The notes: a model not told the origin generated them from the letters alone. A DNA stretch of 64,000 bases from Chloroflexota bacterium (GCA_026707145.1 JAPOXK010000011.1:35908-99907); one strand, 5' to 3'. Numbered from the stretch's first letter, positions 19,608 to 32,285 are shown. Made by a program: numbers and translations.

Positions 19608-20354
19608 TTGGAGCCGCCGTGCACGGCGCATGGAAGCGGTGGTGAGATCTTGGCCCAGAAACGCGTCCGGCTCGATGTCAACGACCCCAACACGCACCAC
19701 GGCTGGGGCGTGGAGCTTGCCAAGGACGGGCGGCACGAGCACGCGATCGAAGCCTTCGACCGGGCCATCGCGCTCGATCCCGATCACGCCGAATCTCACG
19801 CGCAGCGCGGTGCCGCGCTGGCCGCGCTGCAGCGCTACGAGGATGCCCTCGCCGCCTACGATCGCGCCCTTGAGATCGAGGCCGGCGACGCGGCGACGCT
19901 GGGACGGCGCGCGATCGCCTTGGCCGGCCTCAACCGCGGTCTGGCCGCGCTGCGCTCGATGGACCAAGCGCTGAAGCTGGAGCCGGACGACCCCGAGAAC
20001 CGCAGCACCTACGCCAGCCTCCTGCTGATCCTCGGCCGCTACGACGACGCCCTCGCCGCCGCCGACGCGGCCCTGGCGCTCCGTCCGGACCACGCCGCCA
20101 CTCTCTACGACCGCGCCTGCGCCCTCTCGCAGCTTGAGCGGCCGGCCGAGGCCCTGGCCGATCTCGATCGGGCGTTCGCGATCGACTTCGGCGCCTTCGG
20201 CTTCGCCGAGGTCGACAACGATCTCGCCAACCTCCGCCGCGATGACGAGCAGGGCCCCAAGTTTCGCGCGCTCGTGGCGCGCTGCAAGCGGGACCGCGAG
20301 GCGGCGGCGGACGAATCGAAGGACGAATCGGGGGACGGCGCCGGCGTCGGCTAG
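19608..20354 (+). CDS. TPR repeat protein
   Basis: Repeated A..a...A..a..P 34-residue TPR units, e.g. HAIEAFDRAIALDPDHAESHAQRGAALAAL. Confidence 0.7.
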   Translation: MEPPCTAHGSGGEILAQKRVRLDVNDPNTHHGWGVELAKDGRHEHAIEAFDRAIALDPDHAESHAQRGAALAALQRYEDALAAYDRALEIEAGDAATLGRRAIALAGLNRGLAALRSMDQALKLEPDDPENRSTYASLLLILGRYDDALAAADAALALRPDHAATLYDRACALSQLERPAEALADLDRAFAIDFGAFGFAEVDNDLANLRRDDEQGPKFRALVARCKRDREAAADESKDESGDGAGVG

Positions 20355-20625
20355 CTACCCCCGCCGGTCGTGCGGAAGCTCTATCGCACAGTAGACGGCG
20401 CCACCTAACCGCCGCCGTCCGCGCCGCCACCGGCTGCCCAAGGGGGCCGCAGCTCTGCCGCATCCTGCTGGATGGTGCGGCCGTGGGGGAGGGGCGCCGG
20501 CCTCAGATCAGCGGCTTCGGCGCGCTCGATTCGGGAACGGAAAGGCCGCCGTGGCAAGCCGGGGCGCGGAACTCCCCCGGCGGCGGCAACGTTAAGCTTG
20601 ACACGGATGGCCGAGAGGGGGCGCG

Positions 20626-21966
20626 ATGCCGGTCCGGCGGACCCGGCGATCCCAGCGCTTCTTGCTGGTGTGCGTCCCCGCGCTGCTGCTCGCGAGCGGT
20701 CTGGCGGCCTGCAACGGCTCCACAGACGACGAGCTGCCGCCTGCGGCAACTGAGACTGCTTCGCAGACTGCCGTGCCAGCTGCGTCGCCCCCGGCGGAGA
20801 CGCCGCCATCTCCCACCACGCCCGAAGCCCCCGTCCCGGAACCGCCCGCGACGCCGATCGAGCCGCCCGCACCGGAGGCGTCCCCGCCAACGGACGAGCC
20901 CGCATCAACCGCGACGGCCACCCCTGAACCGGCGGCCGAGCCAGTCGAATCCCCTACAGGGGCTCCGTCCGCAGCGACGGACGAGGCGGAAGTCATGCTC
21001 CTCCTCTACGACACCTACGACCTCAGTGGCGCCGTCGCCGAGCCGGGGCACTACGCCTTCCTGGCCGATCCCGGCGACCCGTCGAGCGCCGTCACCACCT
21101 ACGAGGGGCTGCGCGATGGTACGGCCACGCGGCTGCGCCTGCACCCCAGCGACGCCGACGGTGCCGACCGGAGCGATCTGCTCGCCATCCTGCGGCCCGG
21201 CGACCTGGTCGAGTGGCACAAGGCGGCCGACTGCTTCGTGCGCTACCAGGTCACGGCCGGCCCCGATGCGGCCGCCCCCACGGCCTACCGGGAGATCGGC
21301 GTGGCCTGGATGACCTACGCCTTCACCGGCTGCAGCGGGGCCATCCCCGCGGGGACCGGGGCCAGCGTGGGCGTCGGTGACCTGCCTAATCTGGGCGGGA
21401 CGAGCCTGACGGCACCGATCCGGCACGGGCCCTGGCAGATCCTGCCGGAAGGATGGACCGGGGCAACCGAGGAGACCGTGTTTCTCCCGGTGCCGACGCC
21501 TCCGGATGTCTACACGGAAGACATCGCCGTCGCGCGGCAGTTCCCGAACTGGCGGGAGCCGATCCTGCCGGACGGCTGGACGTTCATCGATGCCCATCGG
21601 TCTGGCGAAGTGGCATCCGGATATTCGGCGTCCTGGACGGGAACCGGCCGGGGCGTTGGGCTCGTCATCCGCAACTATCTGAACGGAGGACACGGCGGAA
21701 AATCGGACGCGGTGTGGCGACTGGATGCTGGACGCGAGTTGGCTGTCGTCGAGACGCGGGTCATTGCCGGACGTCCGGCTTGGGTGAGATTCGGGGTGCC
21801 GAATCCGACGATCGATCGCTGGTTCTCCGTTTCCGTGCGGGTGGAAGACCCAGAGACGGACAGCAGCTATTACCTCTTTGGCGGAAACGTCATCTATCGG
21901 GGAGCGAATGTCGACGCGCTGGTCGACGTCGCCGCCAGTCTCTTCGCGGATGGAACAACGCCATGA
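20626..21966 (+). CDS. lipoprotein with Pro/Thr/Glu-rich linker, hypothetical
   Basis: Signal peptide plus lipobox LAAC, then a PT/E-rich linker and a ~330 aa globular domain of unknown function. Confidence 0.6.
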   Translation: MPVRRTRRSQRFLLVCVPALLLASGLAACNGSTDDELPPAATETASQTAVPAASPPAETPPSPTTPEAPVPEPPATPIEPPAPEASPPTDEPASTATATPEPAAEPVESPTGAPSAATDEAEVMLLLYDTYDLSGAVAEPGHYAFLADPGDPSSAVTTYEGLRDGTATRLRLHPSDADGADRSDLLAILRPGDLVEWHKAADCFVRYQVTAGPDAAAPTAYREIGVAWMTYAFTGCSGAIPAGTGASVGVGDLPNLGGTSLTAPIRHGPWQILPEGWTGATEETVFLPVPTPPDVYTEDIAVARQFPNWREPILPDGWTFIDAHRSGEVASGYSASWTGTGRGVGLVIRNYLNGGHGGKSDAVWRLDAGRELAVVETRVIAGRPAWVRFGVPNPTIDRWFSVSVRVEDPETDSSYYLFGGNVIYRGANVDALVDVAASLFADGTTP

Positions 21967-22090
21967 TGCGGCGGCTTGGGATTCTCGCGCTGGTCATCGG
22001 TCTTGCCGGGACGTTCCTGTCCTGGGAGCGGGCGGCGACGGACGCGCCCGACGAGGTCAGCGGGGCGGCGGGCCAGGTGATTCCCGCTCT

Positions 22091-22876
22091 TTACGCTACC
22101 GTCCCCCCATCGACCACGTAGATGCCGCCCGTCACGTACGATGCGTCGTCGCTGCAGAGGAAGGCCGCCATCGCCGCGATCTCGGCCGGCCGGCCGTAGC
22201 GCTTCAGCAGCGGCCATTGCTCGAAATCCGCGTGCGCCTGCTCGGGGTGCTCGGGATTGATCATGGTCTCGATCCGGTGCAGCATCTCCGTCTCCACCGG
22301 CCCGGGACAGATCGCGTTCACCCGGATCGACCAGGGCGCGAACTCTTGCGCCGCCGTCCGCGTGATGCCCAGCACCGCGTGCTTGCTGGCGTTGTAGGCG
22401 GAGTTGTTGGCCTCGCCGCGCAGCCCCGAGGTCGAGGACGTGATCACGATCGCGCCGCCGCCCCGCTCGCGCATCACCGGCGCCACGTGCTTCAGTCCCA
22501 GCCAGACGCCTTTCACGTTGACGTCGAAGACGCGCGACCAGATCTCCTCGGGGTAGTCGACCATCGGCGCGATCACCCCCTCGATCGCCGCGTTGTTGAA
22601 GAAGTAGTCGATTCCGCCGAAGCGCTCCTGCGCCCGTTCCACCGCGCGCCGGACCTCCGATGCCACGCTGACGTCCGCCGTCACGCCGTGGGCGCGTCCG
22701 CCCGCCTCCGCGATCGCCGCCACCTGCTCCTCCAGCGCCTGTGCCGCCACGTCGACCAGCACGACCCGTGCTCCCTCCGCCGCGAACCGCTCCGCCGCCG
22801 CGCGGCCGATCCCGCCTCCCGCGCCCGTGATCAGCGCGACCTTTCCCTCGAATCGTCCCTCGAAACGTGGGTTCAC
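22091..22876 (-). CDS. SDR family oxidoreductase
   Basis: TGAGGGIG Rossmann motif, NNAA, and the catalytic S...YNASK triad. GTG start preceded by an AAGGAGG Shine-Dalgarno. Confidence 0.85.
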   Translation of the reverse strand: MNPRFEGRFEGKVALITGAGGGIGRAAAERFAAEGARVVLVDVAAQALEEQVAAIAEAGGRAHGVTADVSVASEVRRAVERAQERFGGIDYFFNNAAIEGVIAPMVDYPEEIWSRVFDVNVKGVWLGLKHVAPVMRERGGGAIVITSSTSGLRGEANNSAYNASKHAVLGITRTAAQEFAPWSIRVNAICPGPVETEMLHRIETMINPEHPEQAHADFEQWPLLKRYGRPAEIAAMAAFLCSDDASYVTGGIYVVDGGTVA

Positions 22877-23064
22877 GAGCGCCTCCTTCGCGGACCGGCT
22901 GGGCGGGCGCCGTCGCCGGTCCGCTGCCGCCCCGCAGAGCTGATCCGTCACACCGGCGGAGTCTAGCCGCGCCGCATTGACACGGCCTGCGTATTACAGA
23001 TCGTTCCCGCCGCGCTAGAGTCACCACTGACGAATCCGGGCGCGCCGGCGCGGAGGAGTTCGGA

Positions 23065-23598
23065 ATGGACGAGGTCACGATCCGGGCGCTCTACATCGGC
23101 GCTGCGGTCGTGCTGATCGGCAGCAGCCTCGCGGGCGCGCTCCTCGCGCCGCGGCGGGGCCGGCCATGGTCGCACGGCGCCGCGCTGGGGCTTGTGCTCA
23201 GCTTCGGCTTCCTCGTCGGCGTCGTCGGCGTGCTTCTAGTGGCATTCGAGCTCCCGTCCATCATCGCCATCCCGCTCATTGTCGCCTTCTTCATCGTTTG
23301 GGCGGGCAGCGTCGCCGCCGGCGCCATCCTCGCTCGCTGGCAAGGCCGCTCGACGTGGTTCGGCTTGGCGTTGGGGCTTGGGCTCAACCTGGTCGGCGTT
23401 CTGATCGTCGCCCTGCTCCCGGCGGATCGGAGCATGCTGCTGCTGCTCAGGCTGTCGCTCTCGTCGCGCGTCGCCCTCCCGCGCCTCGAGATGGAAGTGG
23501 GGAAGTGCCGGTCCTGCGGAGCCGGCCTGCACTCCATGGATCGGTTCTGCTCCCAGTGCGGGACCCCCGTCGCTTCGTCTCCGCAGGGATCCCCGTAG
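23065..23598 (+). CDS. membrane protein with C-terminal zinc ribbon
   Basis: Four predicted TM helices, then CRSCGAGL...CSQCG. Confidence 0.5.
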   Translation: MDEVTIRALYIGAAVVLIGSSLAGALLAPRRGRPWSHGAALGLVLSFGFLVGVVGVLLVAFELPSIIAIPLIVAFFIVWAGSVAAGAILARWQGRSTWFGLALGLGLNLVGVLIVALLPADRSMLLLLRLSLSSRVALPRLEMEVGKCRSCGAGLHSMDRFCSQCGTPVASSPQGSP

Positions 23599-23687
23599 CG
23601 CGCCGCCGGGCCCCATCGCCGGCGCCGCGCGTGTACCCTGCTCTTGCCTGAGAGAGGCGCCGTGGGCGCGCGGGGCGCTCGTCCGGC

Positions 23688-24101
23688 GTGGATTGGCTCG
23701 GCGCGAAGGGACTGGCAATGGACGGCGTGGAAGAGTCCGCCACCGTCCCCTCGTTCGTCGTTTGGATCGTCCTGTTCGCCAGCATCGCCGCCGGCGCGGC
23801 CGTCGCCAATAGAAACGGCCGGTCGTGGTCGACCGGCGGCGCGATCGGGCTCGTGCTCAGCCTCGGCCTGCTCGTCGGCGCCCTGATCGCCGCCGTGATC
23901 CCGATCGCTTTCTCCGCCGTGCTGATCGTTGTCTGGATCGGCAGCGTCGTCGCGAGCGTGAGGATCGCGGGCGGCAAGGGCCGCTCGCGCTGGTTCGGCG
24001 CCGCGCTGGGGCTGGGGTTCAATCTGATCGGCGTTCTGATCGTCTTTCTGATTCCCCCGGCGCGCGATGCGCCGTCCAGCCCGCTACAGCCGCCGCGTTG
24101 A
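23688..24101 (+). CDS. membrane protein, paralog of the upstream TM domain
   Basis: Same TM core as 23065..23598 (RSWSTGGAIGLVLSLGLLVG vs RPWSHGAALGLVLSFGFLVG) but lacks the zinc ribbon. Confidence 0.5.
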   Translation: MDWLGAKGLAMDGVEESATVPSFVVWIVLFASIAAGAAVANRNGRSWSTGGAIGLVLSLGLLVGALIAAVIPIAFSAVLIVVWIGSVVASVRIAGGKGRSRWFGAALGLGFNLIGVLIVFLIPPARDAPSSPLQPPR

Positions 24102-24120
24102 AGCAGATAGGAGAAACGAG

Positions 24121-25149
24121 ATGTCCAAGCTGCCAGCCCTCAATATCAACCTCGCCGACTTGCCCTACGACGATGCCCTCGCCCTCGCCAAGGAGGCGGA
24201 GAACGCCGGCTTTCAGTCGACCTCCGTGCCGGAGTTCATCCGCGACAGCCTCACCTACCTGGCGGCGATGGCCGTCGCCACCGACCGGATCCAGCTCGTC
24301 AGCAACGTCGCGACGTGGACCCGGACGCCGGTCAACATGGCGCGCGCCTGCCGCGATGTCGATCTGATCAGCAAGGGCCGCCTCGTCCTCGGCCTCGGCA
24401 GCATGCCGGGCGTCTGGAACCGCGACTTCCACGGCATCGACCCGCAGCGACCCGCCTCCCGGATGCGCGAGTACGTGGAGTTGCTGCGGCTGCTGTGGGC
24501 CTCCGATCAAAACACCCCCGTCGACTACCAGGGAGAGTTCTACCAAGTGCGCGGCTACCGCATGTTCGAGCCGCCGCCACGGCCCCACCTCCCCATCATG
24601 ATCGGGGCGAGCCGTCCCGGCATGCTGCGCACGGCGGGCGAGATCGCCGACGGCGTGCTCTTCAACTGGAACTTCACGCTGGACTTCCTGCGCGATGTGG
24701 CCCGTCCCGCCATCGCCGAGGGCGCGGCCAAATCCGGCCGGACCCTCGACGACCTCTGGCTCGATGCCGGCCGTCCCATCGTCTTCACCGACGACAAGGA
24801 GCGTGCCGAGGAGGCCGTACGCTGGTGGCGCTACGCGGCCGCCGCCATCTTCATGGGCATCGACTACCACCAGGAGCTGCTCATCCAGCACGGCTTCGAG
24901 GAGGAGGTGACGGCGGCCCGCGAGGCGATCGCGGCCAACGACTTCGAGGGCGTGGTCGCCGCCGTGAGCGACGAGATGGCCGACACGTTCCTCATCCGCG
25001 GCAGTCCCGAGGAGTGCCTGGAGCGGGTCGCCGAATTCGACGGCTTGGTCGACTCGTTCTTCCTCTGGAGCACGACCGTGGCGCTGACCGGCGCTGATAA
25101 GGTCAAGGAGACGCGCCGCCTGATCGAGATCTTCGGCGACGCACTCTAG
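24121..25149 (+). CDS. LLM-class flavin/F420-dependent oxidoreductase (luciferase-like)
   Basis: Luciferase-like TIM-barrel pattern (GRLVLGLGSM, IMIGASRPGMLR). AGGAGA Shine-Dalgarno 7 nt upstream. Confidence 0.8.
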   Translation: MSKLPALNINLADLPYDDALALAKEAENAGFQSTSVPEFIRDSLTYLAAMAVATDRIQLVSNVATWTRTPVNMARACRDVDLISKGRLVLGLGSMPGVWNRDFHGIDPQRPASRMREYVELLRLLWASDQNTPVDYQGEFYQVRGYRMFEPPPRPHLPIMIGASRPGMLRTAGEIADGVLFNWNFTLDFLRDVARPAIAEGAAKSGRTLDDLWLDAGRPIVFTDDKERAEEAVRWWRYAAAAIFMGIDYHQELLIQHGFEEEVTAAREAIAANDFEGVVAAVSDEMADTFLIRGSPEECLERVAEFDGLVDSFFLWSTTVALTGADKVKETRRLIEIFGDAL

Positions 25150-25229
25150 CGAACCGGCTATGCTCCGGCGGCGCCCTGCGGGGCGGGCGCGCGGCTCCGG
25201 GGCGCGGCCCCCATGACGAAAGGAGAGCC

Positions 25230-25661
25230 ATGCTGGACAAGATCGACCACATCGGCATCGTGGCCCACTCGTTCGACGAGGCCCGCGAGGTGTTCGTCGA
25301 CAAGCTGGGGCTGACGGTCGACGAGAGCCGCACCAAGCTGCCGGACGGCAACCTCTTCAAGCCGCAGAACACGCGCATCTACTTCCTGCGGGTGGCCGCG
25401 GCCGAGACGCGGGTCGAGGTGCTGATCCCCCAGGACGACGTCAGCGGGGTTGCCAGGTACCTGGCCAAGAACGGGCCGGGCCTGCATCACATCTGCTACG
25501 GCGTGCGCGACATGGAGGGCGAGATCAAGCGGCTGCGCGCGGCCGGCATCGGCCAGATCGACCTCGGCCCCAGCCACGATCCCGCGCGTCTGTCCGCCGC
25601 CTTCTTCTATCCCAAGGATGTCAACGGCATCCTCACCGAGCTCATCCCTTGGCGGCCCTAA
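25230..25661 (+). CDS. VOC family protein (methylmalonyl-CoA epimerase-like)
   Basis: IDHIGIVAHSFDEA and HHICYGVRD glyoxalase-fold metal ligands, 143 aa. Confidence 0.6.
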   Translation: MLDKIDHIGIVAHSFDEAREVFVDKLGLTVDESRTKLPDGNLFKPQNTRIYFLRVAAAETRVEVLIPQDDVSGVARYLAKNGPGLHHICYGVRDMEGEIKRLRAAGIGQIDLGPSHDPARLSAAFFYPKDVNGILTELIPWRP

Positions 25662-25714
25662 TCCCGGTGAGCCCGGCGGGTCGCCCGGGCGCCTGCTGGT
25701 AAGCCGCGCCTTTC

Positions 25715-27820
<2,106 letters not shown>

Positions 27821-27852
27821 GGATCAACCGACAAGCACCTGAGAGGCACCCC

Positions 27853-29307
27853 ATGACATACGCCTTTCGCTCCGCCCAAGAGCTCGTCGCGCTCTACCGC
27901 TCCGGCGAGGCCCGGCCCAGCGACGTGGTCGAGGAGACGCTGCGGCGCATCGACGCCCTCAATCCCACGCTCAACGCCTTCCTCACCGTGACCCCGGAGA
28001 TCGCCCGCGCGCAGGCGGCGCGCGCCGACGCGGCCTACGCGGAGGCGCGGCGGGGCGGCGATCCGGCCGCGCTCCCGCTGCTGCTGGGGGTGCCCGTCTC
28101 CGTCAAGGATCTGCACGATGTCGAGGGCGTGCGCACCACACACGGCTCGCGCGCCTTCGCCGACAACGTCGCCCAGGCGAGCGGCATCCCCTGGGAGCGG
28201 CTGGAAGCCGCGGGCGCCGTGCTGCTGGGCAAGACCAACACGCCCGAGTTCGGCCTTATCACCGTGACCGACAACGATCTGGGCGGCCCCGCCGGCACGC
28301 CATGGAGCCCGGAGCGGATCGCCGGCGGCAGCAGCGGCGGCGCGGCCGCGGCCGTGGCGGCCGGGCTGGGTCCGTTGGCGCACGGCAGCGACGGCGGCGG
28401 CTCGATCCGCGTGCCGGCCGCCTACTGCGGCGTCGTCGGGATCAAGCCCACGCAGGGGCGCATCCCCAAGGCGGTCCCGCGCGACCCCGGCATGCCCCAG
28501 CTCTCCAGCGAGGGCCCGCTGGCCCGCACCGTGCGCGACGCGGCGCTCATGCTCCAGGTCATGGCCGGCCCGGACCCGCGCGACCCTACCTCCTTCCAAG
28601 GGCCGCAGCCGGATTATCTGGCCGCTTGCGAGCGCACCGGCCTCGGCGATCTGCGCATCGCCTGGAGCCTCGACCTCGGCTTCGCCACGGTGGCGTACCC
28701 CGTGCGCGCCAACGCCGAGCGCGCGGTGGCGCGGCTGCGGGAAGCGGGCGCCGTGGTCGAGGAGGCGACGCCAGAGATCCTCTATCCATTCGACATCTTC
28801 GCGCCCATCGCCTTGGCCGGTGCCGCCGCCAATCATGGCGCGCTCTACGACGCCGATCCCGAGATGCTGACGAAGTACGTGCGGCGCACCGTCGAGCACG
28901 GCCGCGCGGTCGACGGCGCCGCGGTCGTGCGGGCCTACGCCGAGCTGGAGCGCTTCCGCGCGCTCATGCGCCGCTTCTTCGCCGACTACGACTTGCTGCT
29001 CACTCCCACCGTGGCCGTGCCGGCTTACCCGCACGGACAGCGGCTGCGGGAGATCGAAGGCAAGCCCGCGATCCCCTTCTGGGGCGCGACGCCCTTCACC
29101 GCGCCCTTCAACATGACCCACCAGCCCGGCATCTCCGTCCCTACCGGCTTCGACCCGCAGGGCCTCCCTACCGCGCTCCAGATCGTCGCGCGCTTGGGCG
29201 AGGACGACACGGCGCTGCGCGCGGCGGCCGCCATCGAGGAGACGATGCCGTGGGCGGATGCCGTCCCGCCCCTCGCGAGCGATACCGCAGGGGAAGCTTC
29301 GGCTTGA
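27853..29307 (+). CDS. amidase (amidase-signature family)
   Basis: GGSSGGAAAAVAAG signature and the VKDLHDVEGVRTTHGS active-site region. Confidence 0.85.
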   Translation: MTYAFRSAQELVALYRSGEARPSDVVEETLRRIDALNPTLNAFLTVTPEIARAQAARADAAYAEARRGGDPAALPLLLGVPVSVKDLHDVEGVRTTHGSRAFADNVAQASGIPWERLEAAGAVLLGKTNTPEFGLITVTDNDLGGPAGTPWSPERIAGGSSGGAAAAVAAGLGPLAHGSDGGGSIRVPAAYCGVVGIKPTQGRIPKAVPRDPGMPQLSSEGPLARTVRDAALMLQVMAGPDPRDPTSFQGPQPDYLAACERTGLGDLRIAWSLDLGFATVAYPVRANAERAVARLREAGAVVEEATPEILYPFDIFAPIALAGAAANHGALYDADPEMLTKYVRRTVEHGRAVDGAAVVRAYAELERFRALMRRFFADYDLLLTPTVAVPAYPHGQRLREIEGKPAIPFWGATPFTAPFNMTHQPGISVPTGFDPQGLPTALQIVARLGEDDTALRAAAAIEETMPWADAVPPLASDTAGEASA

Positions 29308-29421
29308 GCCGTGCCGCTTAACCCGTGGAGGCAGCCGTAGCGGTCTATGGCGCCGTCGCGCGCCCGATACGATAGGGTCGATGCCTGCCAGCAACGATCG
29401 CTCCTGCGCATGAGTCGGCGC

Positions 29422-30816
29422 ATGAACTCGCACATCTTCCGCGCCTACGACATCCGCGGCTTGGCCGAAGACGAGCTGACGCCGGCGGTGGCGGAGCGCA
29501 TCGGCGCCGCCTTCGCGACCGACGTCCGGCGCCGCGGCGGCAAAGCCTTGGCCGTGGGCCGCGACAGCCGGCCCTCTTCGCCCGCGCTCTACGCGGCGAT
29601 CATCGCCGGCGTCCGCGCCGCGGGGATCGACGTGACCGCGCTGGGACTGACCCCCAGCCCCGTCGCGGGATTCGCCACTGCGGCCTGGGCCCTGGACGGC
29701 GCCATCAACGTCACCGCCAGCCACAATCCGGTTCGCTTCAACGGCCTCAAGCTCGTGCGGGCCGGCGCCGCGGCGCTGCTGCCCGAGGAGATCCAGGAGC
29801 TGCGCGCGCTGGTGGAATCGGGCGACTTCGAGCGCGGCCGGGGCGCGCTGGCCGAGCGTGATCCCAAGCCCGAGTACGTCGCCATGCTGGCGCGGCGTTT
29901 CCCCGTGGCGCGTCCGCTGCGGGTCGTGGCCGACCCCGGCAACGGCGTTGCCACCCTCACCGGGCCCGCCGCCCTGCGCGGCGCCGGCTGCGAGGTCGTG
30001 GGCCTCTATACCGAGCTGCTGGAAGGCTTTCCCAACCATCTGCCCGATCCTCAAGCGGCGGAGACCATGGCCGACCTCGGCCGCGCCGTGCTTGAACACA
30101 AGGCCGGCTGCGGCTTCGCTTGGGACGGCGACGGCGACCGCGTGGGCCTGGTCGATGAAACCGGCCGCCGCCACGAGGCCGACTGGATCGTGGCGCTGCT
30201 GGCCCGCGACCTGCTGCGCCGTCACCCCGGCGCGCGAGTCCTGCTGGACGGCAAGTGCTCGCTCGGCGCCATCCGCGCCATCCGCGCCCGGGGCGGCGAG
30301 CCCATCCTCACCCGCACGGGCTACACCCTGCTGCGGCGCCGCATGGCCGCCGAGGGCATCCTCTTTGGCGGCGAGGCCAGCGGCCACCTCATCTTCGGCG
30401 AGGGCTACTACGGCATCGACGACGGCGTCTACGCGGCCTGCGCCGTTGCCTGCCTCGCGGCGACAGAGGACCGGCCGCTCTCCGCGCATTTCCAAGAGAT
30501 GAAGGCCGGCATGCCGCCGCTCTTCACCTCGCGCGAGATCATGATGCCCTGCGGCGACGCGGCCAAGTTCCGCGTGGCGGCGTCGGTGAACGCGCGGCTG
30601 CGCGCGGCTTGCGACGGCCTGGAGGCGGAGGGTTTACGCCTCGACTTCGGCGATGGCTGGGCGCTGGTGCGCGCCTCCAACACCAATCCCGTGCTCTCCG
30701 TGCGTTTCGAGGCCGAGAGCCGCGACCGGTACGACGCCATTCGCACCCTGATCTGGGAGGCGGTCGGCGAGCATGCCGAGGTGACCATCCCGGACGGCGT
30801 TGGGGAGCCCGCCTGA
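29422..30816 (+). CDS. phosphomannomutase/phosphoglucomutase (alpha-D-phosphohexomutase family)
   Basis: IFRAYDIRG N-terminus, active-site TASHNP, Mg-binding DGDGDR and sugar-binding GGEASGH. Confidence 0.85.
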   Translation: MNSHIFRAYDIRGLAEDELTPAVAERIGAAFATDVRRRGGKALAVGRDSRPSSPALYAAIIAGVRAAGIDVTALGLTPSPVAGFATAAWALDGAINVTASHNPVRFNGLKLVRAGAAALLPEEIQELRALVESGDFERGRGALAERDPKPEYVAMLARRFPVARPLRVVADPGNGVATLTGPAALRGAGCEVVGLYTELLEGFPNHLPDPQAAETMADLGRAVLEHKAGCGFAWDGDGDRVGLVDETGRRHEADWIVALLARDLLRRHPGARVLLDGKCSLGAIRAIRARGGEPILTRTGYTLLRRRMAAEGILFGGEASGHLIFGEGYYGIDDGVYAACAVACLAATEDRPLSAHFQEMKAGMPPLFTSREIMMPCGDAAKFRVAASVNARLRAACDGLEAEGLRLDFGDGWALVRASNTNPVLSVRFEAESRDRYDAIRTLIWEAVGEHAEVTIPDGVGEPA

Positions 30817-30818
30817 TC

Positions 30819-32285
30819 ATGCCCGCTGATCGGACCGGTGAGACGGCCCGCCGGCCACGCCTCAACCCCCATATCTTCCGCGCCTACGACATCCGCGGCG
30901 TTGTCGGCGAGGACCTCGACTCCGAGGTGGCGGCGCTGATCGGCCGTGCCTACGGCACGCACCTGCGCCGCGCCTACGGCGGCGAGACGATGGTGCTGGG
31001 CCGCGACAACCGCCCCTCCTCGCCGTCGCTGCGGGACGGCTTCGTGCGCGGCGCGCGGGCGGCGGGTGTCTCCGTCGTCGATATCGGTCTCGCGCCCTCG
31101 CCGCTGCTCTACTTCGCCGCCGCCGCCTGGGGCATCGACGGCGGCGCCAGCGTCACGGGCAGCCACAATCCCCCGCACATGAACGGCCTCAAGCTGCTCG
31201 AGCGCCGGGGCATCCCCATCGCGCCCGAGGAGATCCAGGCGGTGCGTGCACTCGCGGAGGCGCGCGACTTCGAGAGCGGCGCGGGTGGCCTGGAAGAGCG
31301 CGACCCCAAACCCGCCTACTGGGACTTCCTCGGCCGCCGCTTCTCCCTCGCGCGCTGCCTCAAGGTCGTCACCGACGCCGGCAACGGCGTCGCCGCCTGT
31401 ACCGGCCCGGAGGCGCTGCGCCGCATCGGCTGCGACGTGGCCGAGACCTACTCGGAGCTGGACGGCACCTATCCGCATCACCTGCCCGATCCCCAGGAGC
31501 CCGCGGCCATGGAGGCCCTGCGCGCCGCCGTGATCGAGCACGGCGGCGACTGCGGCATCGCCTGGGACGGCGACGGCGACCGGCTGGGCGTGGTGGACGA
31601 GCGCGGCCGGCGCCACGAGCCCGACGAGATCCTGGCCCTCCTCGCCCGCGACTTTCTCGGCCGTCACCCCGGCGCTCGCGTCCTCATCGACGTGAAGTGC
31701 TCGGCCACGGTCGTGCGCGCGATCGAGGACGCGGGTGGCCTGCCCGTCTTCGCACCCAGCGGTCACTCCCTCGGCAAGCGCAAGATGCGCGAGGAGGGCA
31801 TCCGCTTCGGCGGCGAGAGCAGCGGCCACTTCTACTTCGGTGAGGATTACCACGGTCTGGACTACGGCATCGACGACGCTGTCTTCGGCGCCTGCGCCGT
31901 CGCCGAGCTGCTGGCCCGCGGCCCCGCGCCGCTCTCCGCCCGCTTCGAGGAGATGCGCGCCGGCCTGCCGCGCCTGATCACGTCACCCGAGCTCAAGCTG
32001 CCCTGCCCCGACGCCGACAAGTTCGGCGTTGCCGCCGCCGTGGCCAAGCGCTTCCGCGGCCGCTATCCCGTGCTCGCCATTGACGGGGCGCGCATCGAGT
32101 TCCCGGGCGGCTGGGCGCTGGTGCGCGCCTCCAACACGACGCCGGTGCTGTCGGTGCGCCTCGAAGCGGAGAGCGCCGAGCGCTACGATGCGATTCGAGC
32201 GATGATCTGGGAGGCGCTGGCCGAGCACCCTGCGGTGACCATCCCCGAGGGCGCCGGCCAGCTCGGCGACGCCGCCGAGGCGTGA
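30819..32285 (+). CDS. phosphomannomutase/phosphoglucomutase paralog
   Basis: Same motifs (TGSHNP, DGDGDR, GGESSGH). The ATG lies 3 nt after the upstream stop. Confidence 0.85.
   Translation: MPADRTGETARRPRLNPHIFRAYDIRGVVGEDLDSEVAALIGRAYGTHLRRAYGGETMVLGRDNRPSSPSLRDGFVRGARAAGVSVVDIGLAPSPLLYFAAAAWGIDGGASVTGSHNPPHMNGLKLLERRGIPIAPEEIQAVRALAEARDFESGAGGLEERDPKPAYWDFLGRRFSLARCLKVVTDAGNGVAACTGPEALRRIGCDVAETYSELDGTYPHHLPDPQEPAAMEALRAAVIEHGGDCGIAWDGDGDRLGVVDERGRRHEPDEILALLARDFLGRHPGARVLIDVKCSATVVRAIEDAGGLPVFAPSGHSLGKRKMREEGIRFGGESSGHFYFGEDYHGLDYGIDDAVFGACAVAELLARGPAPLSARFEEMRAGLPRLITSPELKLPCPDADKFGVAAAVAKRFRGRYPVLAIDGARIEFPGGWALVRASNTTPVLSVRLEAESAERYDAIRAMIWEALAEHPAVTIPEGAGQLGDAAEA

Noticed and set aside
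21963-22121. 52-aa ORF (MMRRLGILALVIGLAGTF...) overlapping the lipoprotein stop by ATGA
   Set aside because: It could be a real small membrane protein, but there is only a single TM-like stretch, it overlaps the convergent SDR gene 3-prime end, and nothing else supports it.
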